In this document: positions 20,601 through 33,601 of the stretch, piece by piece
Numbering within the stretch: position 1 is the first letter of the stretch
Layout: the number at the start of each line of letters is the position of its first letter
NCBI GenBank assembly: GCA_012295275.1
Contig: CM022677.1
Coordinates: forward strand, 9,610,001 to 9,674,000
Source of the DNA: Chrysomallon squamiferum
Taxonomy: Eukaryota > Animalia > Mollusca
Direction: 5' to 3'
DNA: 64,000 bases
Made by a program: the position numbers and the translations under genes
Notes under the pieces: generated by a model
Seen by the model: only the letters and a program-made list of their open reading frames with translations
Database searches by the model: none
What the model was told of the DNA's origin: nothing

Positions 20601-23431
20601 AATGCAGACACTTGCCTCCCAGTGGTGGGGGGAGAGGTGATGTCAATTTTAAAATGCAGATCAAACACTTGCCTCTCATTGGTGGGGGGAGAGGTGATGT
20701 CAATTTTAAAATGCAAACACTTGCATCCCAGTGGTGGGGGGAGAGGTGATGTCAATTTTAAAATGCAAACACTTGCATCCCAGTGGTGGGGGAGAGGTGA
20801 TGTCAATTTTAAAATGCAGATCAAACACTTGCCTCCCATTGGTGGGGGGAGAGGTGATGTCAATTTTAAAATGCAAACACTTGCATCCCAGTGGTGGGGG
20901 GAGAGGTGATGTCAATTTTAAAATGCAGACACTTGCCTCCCAGTGGTGGGGGAGAGGTGATGTCAATTTTAAAATGCAGACACTTGCCTCCCAGTGGTGG
21001 GGGGGGAGAGGTGATGTCAATTTTAAAATGCAGATCAAACACTCAATTTTAAAATCTCATTGGTGGGGAGAGGTGTCGTCAATTTTAAAATGCAAACACT
21101 TGCATCCCAGTGGTGGGGGGAGAGGTGATGTCAATTTTAAAATGCAGACACTTGCCTCCCAGTGGTGGGGGGAGAGGTGATGTCAATTTTAAAATGCAGA
21201 CACTTGCCTTCCAGTGGTGGGGGGAGAGGTGATGTCAATTTTAAAATGCAAACACTTGCCTTCCAGTGGTGGGGGGAGAGGTGATGTCAATTTTAAAATG
21301 CAGATCAAACACTTGCCTCCCAGTGGTGGGGGGAGAGGTGATGTCAATTTTAAAATGCAGATCAAACACTTGCCTCCCAGTGGTGGGGGGAGAGGTGATG
21401 TCAATTTTAAAATGCAGACACTTGCCTCCCAGTGGTGGGGGGAGAGGTGATGTCAATTTTAAAATGCAGATCAAACACTTGCCTAAAATGCAGTGGTGGG
21501 GGAGAGGTGATGTCAATTTTAAAATGCAGATCAAACACTTGCCTCCCAGTGGTGGGGGGAGAGGTGATGTCAATTTTAAAATGCAGACACTTGCCTCCCA
21601 GTGGTGGGGGGAGAGGTGATGTCAATTTTAAAATGCAGATCAAACACTTGCCTCGCACTTGCCTCCCAGGGGGGGGAGAGGTGATGTCAATTTTAAAATG
21701 CAGACACTTGCCTCCCAGTGGTGGGGGGAGAGGTGATGTCAATTTTAAAATGCAGACACTTGCCTCCCAGTGGTGGGGGGAGAGGTGATGTCAATTTTAA
21801 AATGCAGATCAAACACTTGCCTCCCAGTGGTGGGGGGAGAGGTGATGTCAATTTTAAAATGCAGATCAAACACTTGCCTCCCAGTGGTGGGGGGAGAGGT
21901 GATGTCAATTTTAAAATGCAGACACTTGCCTCCCAGTGGTGGGGGGAGAGGTGATGTCAATTTTAAAATGCAGATCAAACACTTGCCTCGCAGTGGTGGG
22001 GGGAGAGGTGATGTCAATTTTAAAATGCAGACACTTGCCTCCCAGTGGTGGGGGGAGAGGTGATGTCAATTTTAAAATGCAGATCAAACACTTGCCTCGC
22101 AGTGGTGGGGGGAGAGGTGATGTCAATTTTAAAATGCAGATCAAACACTTGCCTCCCAGTGGTGGGGGGAGAGGTGATGTCAATTTTAAAATGCAGACAC
22201 TTGCCTCCCAGTGGTGGGGGGAGAGGTGATGTCAATTTTAAAATGCAGATCAAACACTTGCCTCCCAGTGGTGGGGGGAGAGGTGATGTCAATTTTAAAA
22301 TGCAGACACTTGCCTCCCAGTGGTGGGGGGAGAGGTGATGTCAATTTTAAAATGCAGATCAAACACTTGCCTCCCAGTGGTGGGGGGAGAGGTGATGTCA
22401 ATTTTAAAATGCAGATCAAACACTTGCCTCCCAGTGGTGGGGGGAGAGGTGATGTCAATTTTAAAATGCAGACACTTGCCTCCCAGTGGTGGGGGGAGAG
22501 GTGATGTCAATTTTAAAATGCAGATCAAACACTTGCCTCGCAGTGGTGGGGGGAGAGGTGATGTCAATTTTAAAATGCAGACACTTGCCTCCCAGTGGTG
22601 GGGGGAGAGGTGATGTCAATTTTAAAATGCAGATCAAACACTCCCAGTGGTGGGGGGGAGGTGATGTCAATTTTAAAATGCAGATCAAACACTTGCCTCC
22701 CAGTGGTGGGGGGAGAGGTGATGTCAATTTTAAAATGCAGATCAAACACTTGCCTCCCAGTGGTGGGGGGAGAGGTGATGTCAATTTTAAAATGCAGACA
22801 CTTGCCTCCCAGTGGTGGGGGGAGAGGTGATGTCAATTTAAAAAAATGCAGATCAATTTTAAAAAAAAACACTTGCCTCCCAGTGGTGGGGGGAGAGGTG
22901 ATGTCAATTTTAAAATGCAGATCAAAACACTTGCCTCACTTGCCTCCCAGTGGTGGGGGAGAGGTGATGTCAATTTTAAAATGCAGACACTTGCCTCCCA
23001 GTGGTGGTCAATTTTAAAATGCAGACACTTGCCTCCCAGTGGTGATGTCAATTTTAAAATGCAGATCAAACACTTGCCTCGCAGTGGTGGGGGGAGAGGT
23101 GATGTCAATTTTAAAATGCAGATCAAACACTTGCCTCGCAGTGGTGGGGGGAGAGGTGATGTCAATTTTAAAATGCAGACACTTGCCTCCCAGTGGTGGG
23201 GGGAGAGGTGATGTCAATTTTAAAATGCAGATCAAACACTTGCCTCGCAGTGGTGGGGGGAGAGGTGATGTCAATTTTAAAATGCAGACACTTGCCTCCC
23301 AGTGGTGGGGGGAGAGGTGATGTCAATTTTAAAATGCAGATCAAACACTTGCCTCGCAGTGGTGGGGGGAGAGGTGATGTCAATTTTAAAATGCAGATCA
23401 AACACTTGCCTCCCCGTGGTGGGGGGAGAGG
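17652..23431. repeat. 5.8-kb G-rich minisatellite, roughly 105 units of 52 or 57 bp
   Basis: Consensus GAGGTGA(C/T)GTCAATTTTAAAATGCA[GATCA]AACACTTGC(C/A)TCCCAGTGGTGGGGGGA, head-to-tail with no spacers. Unit count is estimated from length. Confidence 0.98.
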
Positions 23432-24022
23432 CGGAGCGAGAGGAGTGGTCAGTGTCAGAGTGACACGATGATGTACCACTGGATTTGTTAACAAACATTT
23501 ACACAGAAAAAATTCCTTGTCTAATTCCTACTACTGCTGTTTCTACTATTATTTCTCTACAACTATATTTTTATCACTAGTATTAATTACTGTTGTTCTG
23601 TTAGCATTGAAACTGTTGTTACAAGTAGTATGACTATCACAAAACTATGCCATAAACATCTGATTGTGATGTTGATGAGGTTAACACAGCGTTGTAGTTA
23701 ATAATGGGACATGTTATAGTAGTAGTAGTGGTAGTTTTAAATATATGTCGTACTAGTAACAGAAGTCGTCGTCACAGTAGTAGTGGTAATAGTAAATACT
23801 GTTATTAAGGAGTAGCTGTAATAAGTAGTAGCAGAAGTAGTACAGCAATAAACTACGTAAACTAGAAACACCAGTAGTAATCATATTGTTATTAAGTAGT
23901 AATAATAAATGTAATAACAAGAGAGAGAGTATTTATATTTACTATGCAGCAGCAGTAGGAAAACTGATAATAATAATAATAGTAGTAGTAGTAAATAATA
24001 ATAATAATTAAATAACCATAAC

Positions 24023-24054
<32 letters not shown>

Positions 24055-27000
24055 AATCGATGAATGATAACTGGTGTAATATAAATTACCTTTGGAGGAC
24101 AATGACAATAAAAAAATAATGTACATAGAGCCATACAAACCTAGTCATGTGATCTGAGTAGACGTATATTCCACAACATCGATACATGACGAGCATCATG
24201 ACATTGCGAGAAAAAGTATAATTAAAGAAAATCAATACACAATGCACATGACAGTGCTGTGTAAATAGACTGCATTGTTTAGCGGCCTAGTGCGGCAGAT
24301 TGCTATATAAGCTGTTTAATAATGGACTGACGATTAGTTTGATATCAGTGCACCGCTGATTGATTACAGAGGTGGTCTAGTTTCATAGGTCACAATACTG
24401 AAACTGAGAGCTTATCTCCACGATGATGTCTGAAATCAATAAACGTCTTCTGCTATGAATCATCCGTGTTGTGCAGTTCTCTATTTCATTAAACTAGGGA
24501 GGAACTTAGACTGGTCGCGGATTCTTTTAATTGATCAATTAATTTTAAAAATTTAAATATCTTCTTTTTTCTTTCTTTTTTTTTTTTTTTTTTTTTTTTG
24601 CCAGTTAAATGACAGTATTTTTTGTTCATTTTTCAGAATATGTTAATACGTCATATATTTCAGTTAAGGCTGTTCAAAACTTTCGTTCCAACTCAGAATT
24701 ATGTGAACTTTTTATTATATTTTATTCAGAGTGGTACGTGCATTCCTCACCTTTCTGTCTATAGTTGTTTGTTTTTAGAACTCGTTAACTAAAACATCTT
24801 CTTTCCTGCTCTGCTTATTCCGTCTCCTCAGTACTGGAATAAAAATTTCCCTTTAATGTTCACAATATTTGATGTTTATTAATAAATATAACTTGCTAAC
24901 AGCCCATAAAGCTTACGTTTCGAAGGGAAGGAGCCGAAGAAAGAAAAACACTTTTACAATACTTAACCATGATGAAGGGATACGTGAAGAAATCAATTGT
25001 AAATATTTCCTTGTCAGTGTAATGTGTTCTGTTACTGATACGTTGGTCGTCCTTCGTGAAAATATTAAATGTTAGCTGAAATCAGTCAGTGGTTTATTTC
25101 GGCCGGCGTATCCAAATTTGTTGCGATTCTTTTTACATCTCTCTCTTCTGAAATTTAAAGATTTCAGTATTCGACCGAACACGCGGTAATACTGGTTATA
25201 GAAAACTAGTCAGTAAATCGAAATCGTCAGGCAGCAAAAACAAAAAACCTGAATTATTAATTTAAATACTCGATTATGTTTCTTTATTTAGGTAATTCGC
25301 CAGTTATATGTTTAATTATTATAATTATTATTAATGTCGACGGTGCTGTTGTATCAAACTACTAAAAACCAAGTTTGTTGTTCAGTATAATGTGACGTTT
25401 CGGTTTCTAGATGACGTCGATTCAGTATTTAACAGAACAGACAAAACTATCTTAAAACGAAAAATTGAAAGCAAACAAAGAAAAGAGTTCAGAAAATATC
25501 TTACAAAACAAAGAGAGAGTTGAGAAGCTACTCGTATTTCCAAACACGTTCAGCTTTTAGACATAATACGTTTCTCTTATCTCGCGCACAAGCCGGCGTT
25601 AAGAAATCAAATCAAATTAAAAGTCTCTAGGGCGATGCGAGGATGTCACTGTTTTCTTGTCATAAATCAGTTTTCATCAGGGTTTCGTCTGATTGTGCAC
25701 AGGCCTTGAAACCATCAGCAAACAAACATTTTTATTATGATTCAGTGTGTGTAGTTCCTATTCTTCACTAAACACAATTTATGATTCACTATCATGGATG
25801 ATACCAAGTATTTTTGTTTGAAGTCTAATGTTGTATATAGAGTAACAATATAGCTTTTCCGTTTCTCTTTCTGGAGATGTTTTTAAAATAATCTATAATT
25901 CAACATTTCAGAATATGTGTACACACACACATACACACGTACCTACATACATACACATCTTTAAGACTCTTTTTTTTCTTCTTATGGTTATATTTGCTTT
26001 ATTCTATTATCTTTTTCTTACTCTGTATGTATGTATTTTAGGGGTTGGAAAAAAATGAAGTACGAGTGTGAATACAAACAACAAACGAATGGTTACAGAA
26101 GACATGTATCTGTATATTACACAAAAATCCAGAACAACAAACCCCACCCCTCCATACACAACTACAGACAACATTTCTATACAAATTCGTGTAATAAAAT
26201 CACATTTCTCTCTTTGAACAGGACAAGCTAGAAATAACCAAGATGGAGGAACGAGATAACCTGATTAAGAGAAACATTTCATAAAAGTAAAAATATATGT
26301 ATATTTTAAAAATAATAATAAGAAAAATAAGAATATTTAAGAATATTTAATAACAATAATATATTTCCAAGACCAATACCAATTTTAAAAGCAATTTAGA
26401 CATTTAAACTAAAATCACCAAGTATTATATTAAAATTATTTTAAAAAATGTTTTTAACAATTCTATAATTTAACGACACATTTTCAAAACATATAAATAA
26501 ATAAATAAACAAATAAATACATAAAATATAAAAAGAAATGTAAATTGATAATTATTTTAAACGTATTTACTTATATAAGTTTGTTTTAATTTCACTATCA
26601 AATATTATCTTTTAAGTATTGTTGTTACCATTAATGTAATAAAACTTGATCAAGTTAAATTCTGAAAACAATTTTGTCTTGTATTATATATGTATAAATT
26701 CTATAAAAAAAATCAGTAAAATTCGGTCCAAAGGCATTAATGAAATTGACAATGTTGTAGAAAATAAGATTTACTGTTTCGTATTAAAGCTGTTTACATT
26801 AAATTGTTTAAAACTTGAAAACAACTTACATGTGAGATTCTAGTTCTACTGAAGAACTTCTTTAAAAATAAAAATGAAATAAAAAAGACGAATGATGCTT
26901 GTCTCTGATGTACATGTTTTCATGTAATCGTGTGATGTACATCCAGGTACTTTATCCATGTATTTTATATTTAAAATCTTCAAATAGTAAAAGTGCAAAA

Positions 27001-28529
27001 AATGTTTTTAGGTCTAATGTGTTTTTATAACAATTAACAAAATAAATAAATAATAATAACCTCATAATTAAATACTTTTCAAGTGTTTAATATTCTAAAA
27101 TAATGTTTTATTTTTAATTTCGAAATTAATAATAAATCAAAATATCAGTATATTGGAGTCTAAAAAAAAAAAAAATACCCCCAAAATAATAAACAATGTT
27201 TTTGTTTTGTTTGGAAAACTAGATATAAAATACAATCAAAATTTCTGTCTATTTTATTATTCCAGAACAGTTTAATAATTTTTTTCAAACATAATCTTAA
27301 TTTTACCAACATGATTATTTTTTTAACTCCACCTTTTTAAAAGGCATAAAACAATTTTACTAATTAGAAAATGTGGCAGCAAAGAGGTATTTCAAAATCA
27401 GTTTCCTGTTTCTATAAAATTTGTCAGTTGTAAGAATTTTCTCAAAATATATATACACACACACACTCGCACACACAACTACAAACACACACGTGTGAAT
27501 GTGTGTTTGTGTGTGTGTCTGTTAACTTAAAGATAATCTGAGGTATTAAGAATTCCCGTAAGTTTAGAGTTTACATGAAGAATATCAGAGAATGTTTTTA
27601 ATAAATAAAATAAAATGTATAGTGCTAAAATCAAAGTTAAAATGTCCAAGAGCAAGAAAATAATAATGTGAGTTGTTTTAAAAATATAACATTAAAATAA
27701 TGAAATCCATGATACTCTAACAACAACATGAAAAATTAAAAGACAACAAGTATTATAAAAATAAAGAGAAAAAAACAAATTAAAAATAAAAAGCCTCATT
27801 CTAAAATATATAGGTCCATGATATATCTGATAATAAAAGACAGGTGAAAATTAAATAAAGTTAAGTAAAGTCATATTACATAAAAAAAAAAGTTCATAAG
27901 GTTAGCTTCACATTTTGTGATTCAATTGTTTTAAAAAGTTGAAAAATTCCTAATTAATTTCTGATTTTGAAAGTCAGTATGAAGAAATACAGTTGTTTCT
28001 TCTACTAGCTTATAAAGTATACTTTAAAAGATTTTTCTCTTTATTCTTTTCTGATTTTGTTCTATTTCTGCTTTTTATTTTTTATTTTCTGAAGTAACTG
28101 TACATCTTTCAACAAACTAACTACTGATATTTTAACTGGAAAGTTAAATAAAACTTTTTGTCTTCTATTTCAAACACTTCTATAAAATCAAATAGTAATG
28201 AAATGGTCAAAAAGTAACAATTTAAAATATATCCAATGAAGAAAACAGACAAGAATAATTTAATGTGCAAATCAAATAATAATAATAATAATAAAAAACA
28301 ACAACAATAATAACTAATTTCCATACCAGAAAAATTAAACTTCCCAAATAATAATAATATATATGACCAGTTTACACAGAAAATATTTATATACTGAGAG
28401 ACACAGAGACATACAGACAATATTCTAAACAATTATAAAAGCATGTTTGCTATCACTGATGGTCTACTTATAAAATGTACATATACATTAAAACAATAGC
28501 CATATCAGTCAAGATTTCCAGCATGTTAC

Positions 28530-28570
<41 letters not shown>

Positions 28571-31500
28571 AACATTAAAAAAAGAAAATGAAAGTAATAA
28601 TGATGATAATTATAGGGAAAATATTAAATAGTAGTAGAAGTTGTAGTTTATAAATAACACAGCAGTGGTTACAGTAGCAAAGAAATATATTCTGATACAG
28701 AGAAATTTAAAAATTGTAATTCTCAAAGCTTTTTAAAATGGAAATAAAATTAATTTCAGTTTAAAATAAAATCTAAAATTTTGTTAAGATTATGACAGTT
28801 ATAATAATAATGATGGTAACAATGGCAATGATAATAGTAATATAACAATGGTAATAATAAAAATAACAAGAAGAAGAATAACAAAAAGATGAAGAAGATG
28901 ATGAAGATAATAACAAAGTGGTGAAATAATAAAATAAAAGGAGAAACAAGCTGGAAAGAATGACTATTAACCTGCAAACATGGCTTCACCTGTACTGGAT
29001 TAATGTGTAAAATAAATGCATGCCACAATCCAAGTTATGAATATGATTAATAATCCATTTTAAAACTACATTCCAGTGTAGAGCCAGACTATCATCATCA
29101 TCAATAATATAGTAATCTAAAATTATGTTCCAATTTTATAATTTCATCTATTTATTATAATTATAATAATAATAATAATGAAAAATTTCATCTTTATACA
29201 TTTGTTAAGATCTATTAGTAAGAGTTAAGATAAATATTTTCAGTTTGTGACCTTTACTTTAGTCTTAACAATACTGACTATGACCAGTATTAATTACCAC
29301 ACACCAAGCTGGATTTAGTAACGTTCTCACTACAACCAAGTCTTGCAGAACTTTCAGTGTTACATTACCTGTCTTTACTCCATTAAGTATGTAACTGATG
29401 CAGAGTTTGAAATAAATTATAAATTTTACACTTTGCTGAAATTAAATGACAATGTCTGTTATTGTAACAAATTTTCAGTCTTCCACAACATGAAATTTAC
29501 TCTGAAACTGAATAGATCAGAAAAACGTTAAAAGTCTAATAAGACAGATGAAACTCTGCAAGACAGCGATCTGTGATTTCAACCCCTACAATCTACACAG
29601 CTACTGTAAAAAAAAAAAATTAGAATTAATGTCCCAAATAACCTCCAGAATTTGTTTTTATTATCAGTTGTGAATTAAAAGATGTAATAAATAATAACTA
29701 TGTTACAAACATTGTTTCTGTATCTACAAAACTCCTAATTATTGCTTTGTAGGAGGCTTAGAAAATTTCCAAAGCAATTCTCAATAATGTATATTTGTCT
29801 TAGAAATCTCCAGAAACAATGAATGTTTGTAGACATTTGTGTCAATTCTGTGAGTTACACAGTACTTCTAATTAGTAAGGCTATTAGTAATCATTGTTGT
29901 GAGCTTTTGTAGCAGTCTGAGGATGTTTGTAGTATTACTGTGAGAGTCTATGAAGTGTAGTTAGTTGTGATTGTAGTTAGTTGTGAAGTGTAGTTGGTTG
30001 TGATTGTAGGGGCTGATGTGTGGCTCTACACATGGAGTTTGCGGAATTCACTGAAGTGACTCACGGCTCGTGGTTTGGTGACTTACTGCTCCCTGAGACA
30101 AGTGAGCCGTGCTCACCATGAGGTAGTTACACATGAGGTACTCCTTTTTAACCCCCGCAGTGTGGCTGCGGCAGCTACAGTGGCAACTCACATCTGCCAC
30201 TAACACACAGCAAACACAGAAGTTGTCAAAGATTGTGTTTCTTATTGAGAAGTAACAGAATAACTCTACTGGATGTTCTAAATACTTTGTAAACAGAGGC
30301 CTTAACTTCTCATCTTTTCATTTTTTTCCCCCAATTATGCCAGGAAAATTGAAACAAATTTTGGCATTTACTGTGTACAGAACACAATTATGTAATTTAT
30401 AATTTAATTTTTAGGTACAGACTTTGTTCAAATTAATTTTTATTTCTCAATCTTTAAAACAAAGAAAAGAATTGTTGGTCAGGTTTTTGCAGGATAGGTT
30501 TTTAGAATTAGACACCGGGAAAATGCATTATAAACGCAAAAATATAACAAAACAAATCCTGTAAACACATGTCAGCATTTAAAAAGAAAATTTGTTATTT
30601 TAAAAAAAATCTGTATAATTAATTAAATGTCATCTTTGACAACTTCTTGTTCCAACTGTCAGTGACAAATAAATTCCATTTCTAGCAAGAAAATATCTGA
30701 GAGACAAATTTACAATCAGTAAATACTGTCATATTGAAAAATAAACATAGAATACATTAAAAACTACAGCAATCGTTTCAAACGTAGCTGCCTGCGTGAC
30801 ATACAGGCCGTATTTGTGCATCACCAGATACAAAACATCAAAAAATTTCTTACAAACTGTATAGCATGATGTGACCTAGTAGTAAAATGTCAAAAAGTTA
30901 ACAAGTAAATCTTATTTAACATGTACAAAAAAATTCCAGACTCTAACAAGAAAGATTTAATTTTGTCAAAAAGCAGTGAGCGCTGTCAGATCAGTACTGA
31001 TCTAAATGATTGTAACATTCAGAGATTCAGTTCTATACAAGTTTCTCAGATTACAGCAGCATTTCTGACAAGAATAGCCAATTGATTTCTAAACACTGTC
31101 TGTGTAACATATACTTGATATATTATTCATGAAGTTATTATATATTTAGTATTAACCAACTGAATTATACAATTAGTGATGGCTTATAGTCAAAAGCAAT
31201 AGTAACATTTTCTTTAGAAAAAGTTTTTTTTTTTTTTGAATTTGCATTTTTGGTGAAATATTTATTTTTAAGAACACCTCTTTCATGTTAAGTTTGTGTT
31301 TAGGTAATTGTGTTCTGTTTCATACTACTATATTTTTCTTCTTATTATTTTACATATATATGTCGTGATAATTCATACAAATGTTTATGATTAATTCCAA
31401 AAATAAAACAGAAACCATCAAGACCTTTAAATTTAACTTTCATGAATATTAGTAGTTGACATTACTAGTTTACACATTATTATGCCTGCTCAAATACCTG

Positions 31501-31976
31501 GTGATGCCTATAATGCAATGAAACATTGTTACATGTGTTACAATGCTGCCTATTCCAAAATGACAGCTTGAAAAAAAAAGTTTAATAATAACATAGATTG
31601 CTATATATATATGTATGTGTATGTATGTGTATATACACATACACATACACATACACACATACACATATACACATACATACATGTAGAAACAGCACACATT
31701 TACAAGTTGTACAAGTTATAGGAGACAAGAAAAATCAATTACTGGAAAATGCTTTTATTTTTTTTTTTTTTAATTAAATCATCTTTCATTATTAATATTT
31801 TATATTAGCAGTACCAATATGTAAAATATTTCTTTTGCAAATTTTATTCACATAATTCATTTCATAATATCTTGATTTCAGTAAATAATTTAACACAGTT
31901 GATCAAACAAAACTGCTTTCTTGTCTCCTATACCTCAATACAAAGACAACAGAAAACAAAATGTAATAGTTAATAA

Positions 31977-32039
31977 TTAACCCTTTCACTCCCAGTGTTC
32001 ACACACAGTGTCTGACTGAACGGGGAATGAAAGGGTTAA
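31977..32039. mobile_element. 55-bp piggyBac-like MITE (31981-32035) with TTAA target-site duplication
   Basis: TTAA CCCTTTCACTCCC ... GGGAATGAAAGGG TTAA: 13-bp TIRs with one mismatch, CCC...GGG ends, TTAA on both sides. Confidence 0.65.
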
Positions 32040-32755
32040 AATGGAATACAAGTAATATTTCCTTTCTACATGCAGATATAATTTCCTCCTTTCTTGTAGT
32101 TACCTCCCTTGTCCAAGTTTTTCAGAGCCTGACAAAGTGTTATGTGTATGATTTGCATCGACGTACCTGTGTATACGTCGACAAAAGCTGCCATGGTTAT
32201 TACCCATAATTCCTTGTCAAGCAGTAAAATATTCAAAAAAGAGAATAAAATATTTTGTGTTTTTGAATGCCTAATGTTTGCAAATAATTTTTATTTGACA
32301 AAACTAAAAACAGTCAATAACTGCCAAGTAAATAGCACTTTCACGGGATGTTTGTTTTACCACTTACAATTTTAACAAAAAAAAAAAAAAAAAAAGTTAA
32401 TAAAATAAAATTAAAAAAGAATGAAAAAAGGTTAAACAGTAGCTGCTTGTTTTGCAGACAAAATGTTTGTATTTTTCAAATCTGAGAACATAATAAATGT
32501 ATCGCTACAGCAACAGTAAACCAATATCTGGCAAGTCTTGAGGTATGTCTATCTATTAACCAATCAAAAAGGAGAATATAAAAAGAGTGTATAATACCCG
32601 CTTGACTCCAAGAAACAATATCTGTGTGGTGTGCAGTTTTTCTTTTAAATTACCACAACCCACAAATAACGTTTTTTACCAAGTTTCTGGGTGAAAAATA
32701 TGATGTGTGCTGTCCAAAATGTTTCTTTTCTATTTTAGGGAAAAAAGTAAAATAT

Positions 32756-33601
32756 TTACACAATAGTAACAGGTTCTGTGACTGCACACACACACGCCTC
32801 CTGCTGACAGTACTGAGGTATCTGCTGAGGTAAACGGTCCTTTGTCGAAAGGTTGGTTAATATTTCCTGAGGTGTGTCCGAACGGTGTCCAGGTAACCCC
32901 TGAGGTGTTGCCACAGGGGTAGCCGCCGAAGGAGTTTGTGAACAGTTCTCCTGAGAATTGTATGAATCTAAATGCAAGTTCTTCCCCTGAGGTAAATGTG
33001 AATTAAGTGATGCAGTGTACAAAGGTCTGCCCTGAGGAATGGCCGAACTACCCGTTGACGAAAAAGAGTCTGTAAGCCTGCCCTGAGAACCGCTGCAAGC
33101 TGCTGCTGCTGCCCTGGTGGTCTTGTTTACTGAAGGAAGTGGCGGGGGCCGATGGTAAGCTGGTTTGGCGTCTGCTGAACCCAGCACAGACATTTTACCA
33201 CCTGAAACTGGTGGACTGCTGCCAAAGATTGAGGTAGTGGGCTGATGTGCTTTCAAAACTGGAGTTGCTGCTGCTGCTGCTGCTGCTGCCAGGTGCTGAC
33301 TCCTTACTTGTTTATTTTTAACAGTTTCTTCCTGAGTAGTGGACTTGTCCACAAGCCCAGATCTACACCTTGGCTCACCGGTGATGTGTAGATGAGAGCT
33401 GGTGTCACCTGAGTGATTGAGAGCCCCCATGGCCTGCAGACAGTCTTCATCATCAGATCCACTCCTGTCTATGTCCTCCAGAGACTCAACACCCGCACTC
33501 ATACTGCTGATGTTGCTGATGTTCACACCAGATTCACTGCCGTCACCAGTCTGACTGCCATCAGTCGATGCCAGCATCGCTGCGATCAAACCACGGTGCT
33601 C
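32756..33601 (-). CDS. Protogenin-like terminal coding exon (low-complexity cytoplasmic tail)
   Basis: TTACAG acceptor; 281 codons EHRGLIAAML...EPVTIV then TAA; GC-richer than its flanks. Confidence 0.8.
   Translation of the reverse strand, partial: EHRGLIAAMLASTDGSQTGDGSESGVNISNISSMSAGVESLEDIDRSGSDDEDCLQAMGALNHSGDTSSHLHITGEPRCRSGLVDKSTTQEETVKNKQVRSQHLAAAAAAAATPVLKAHQPTTSIFGSSPPVSGGKMSVLGSADAKPAYHRPPPLPSVNKTTRAAAAACSGSQGRLTDSFSSTGSSAIPQGRPLYTASLNSHLPQGKNLHLDSYNSQENCSQTPSAATPVATPQGLPGHRSDTPQEILTNLSTKDRLPQQIPQYCQQEACVCAVTEPVTIV

Noticed and set aside
17652-23431. Dozens of overlapping ORFs, including an RGD-containing repeat peptide (MQIKHLPPSGGGRGDVNFK), and a superficially CRISPR-like periodicity
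   Set aside because: Only the 57-bp unit preserves frame; interspersed 52-bp units shift it and introduce stops, and ORFs appear on both strands. There are no unique spacers or cas genes, and the DNA is eukaryotic.
29940-30200. GC-richer patch with a possible minus-strand acceptor and ~50-codon frame, as an alternative protogenin last exon
   Set aside because: No matching donor identified and no homology recognised; more simply 3' UTR sequence with a short 15-bp tandem repeat.
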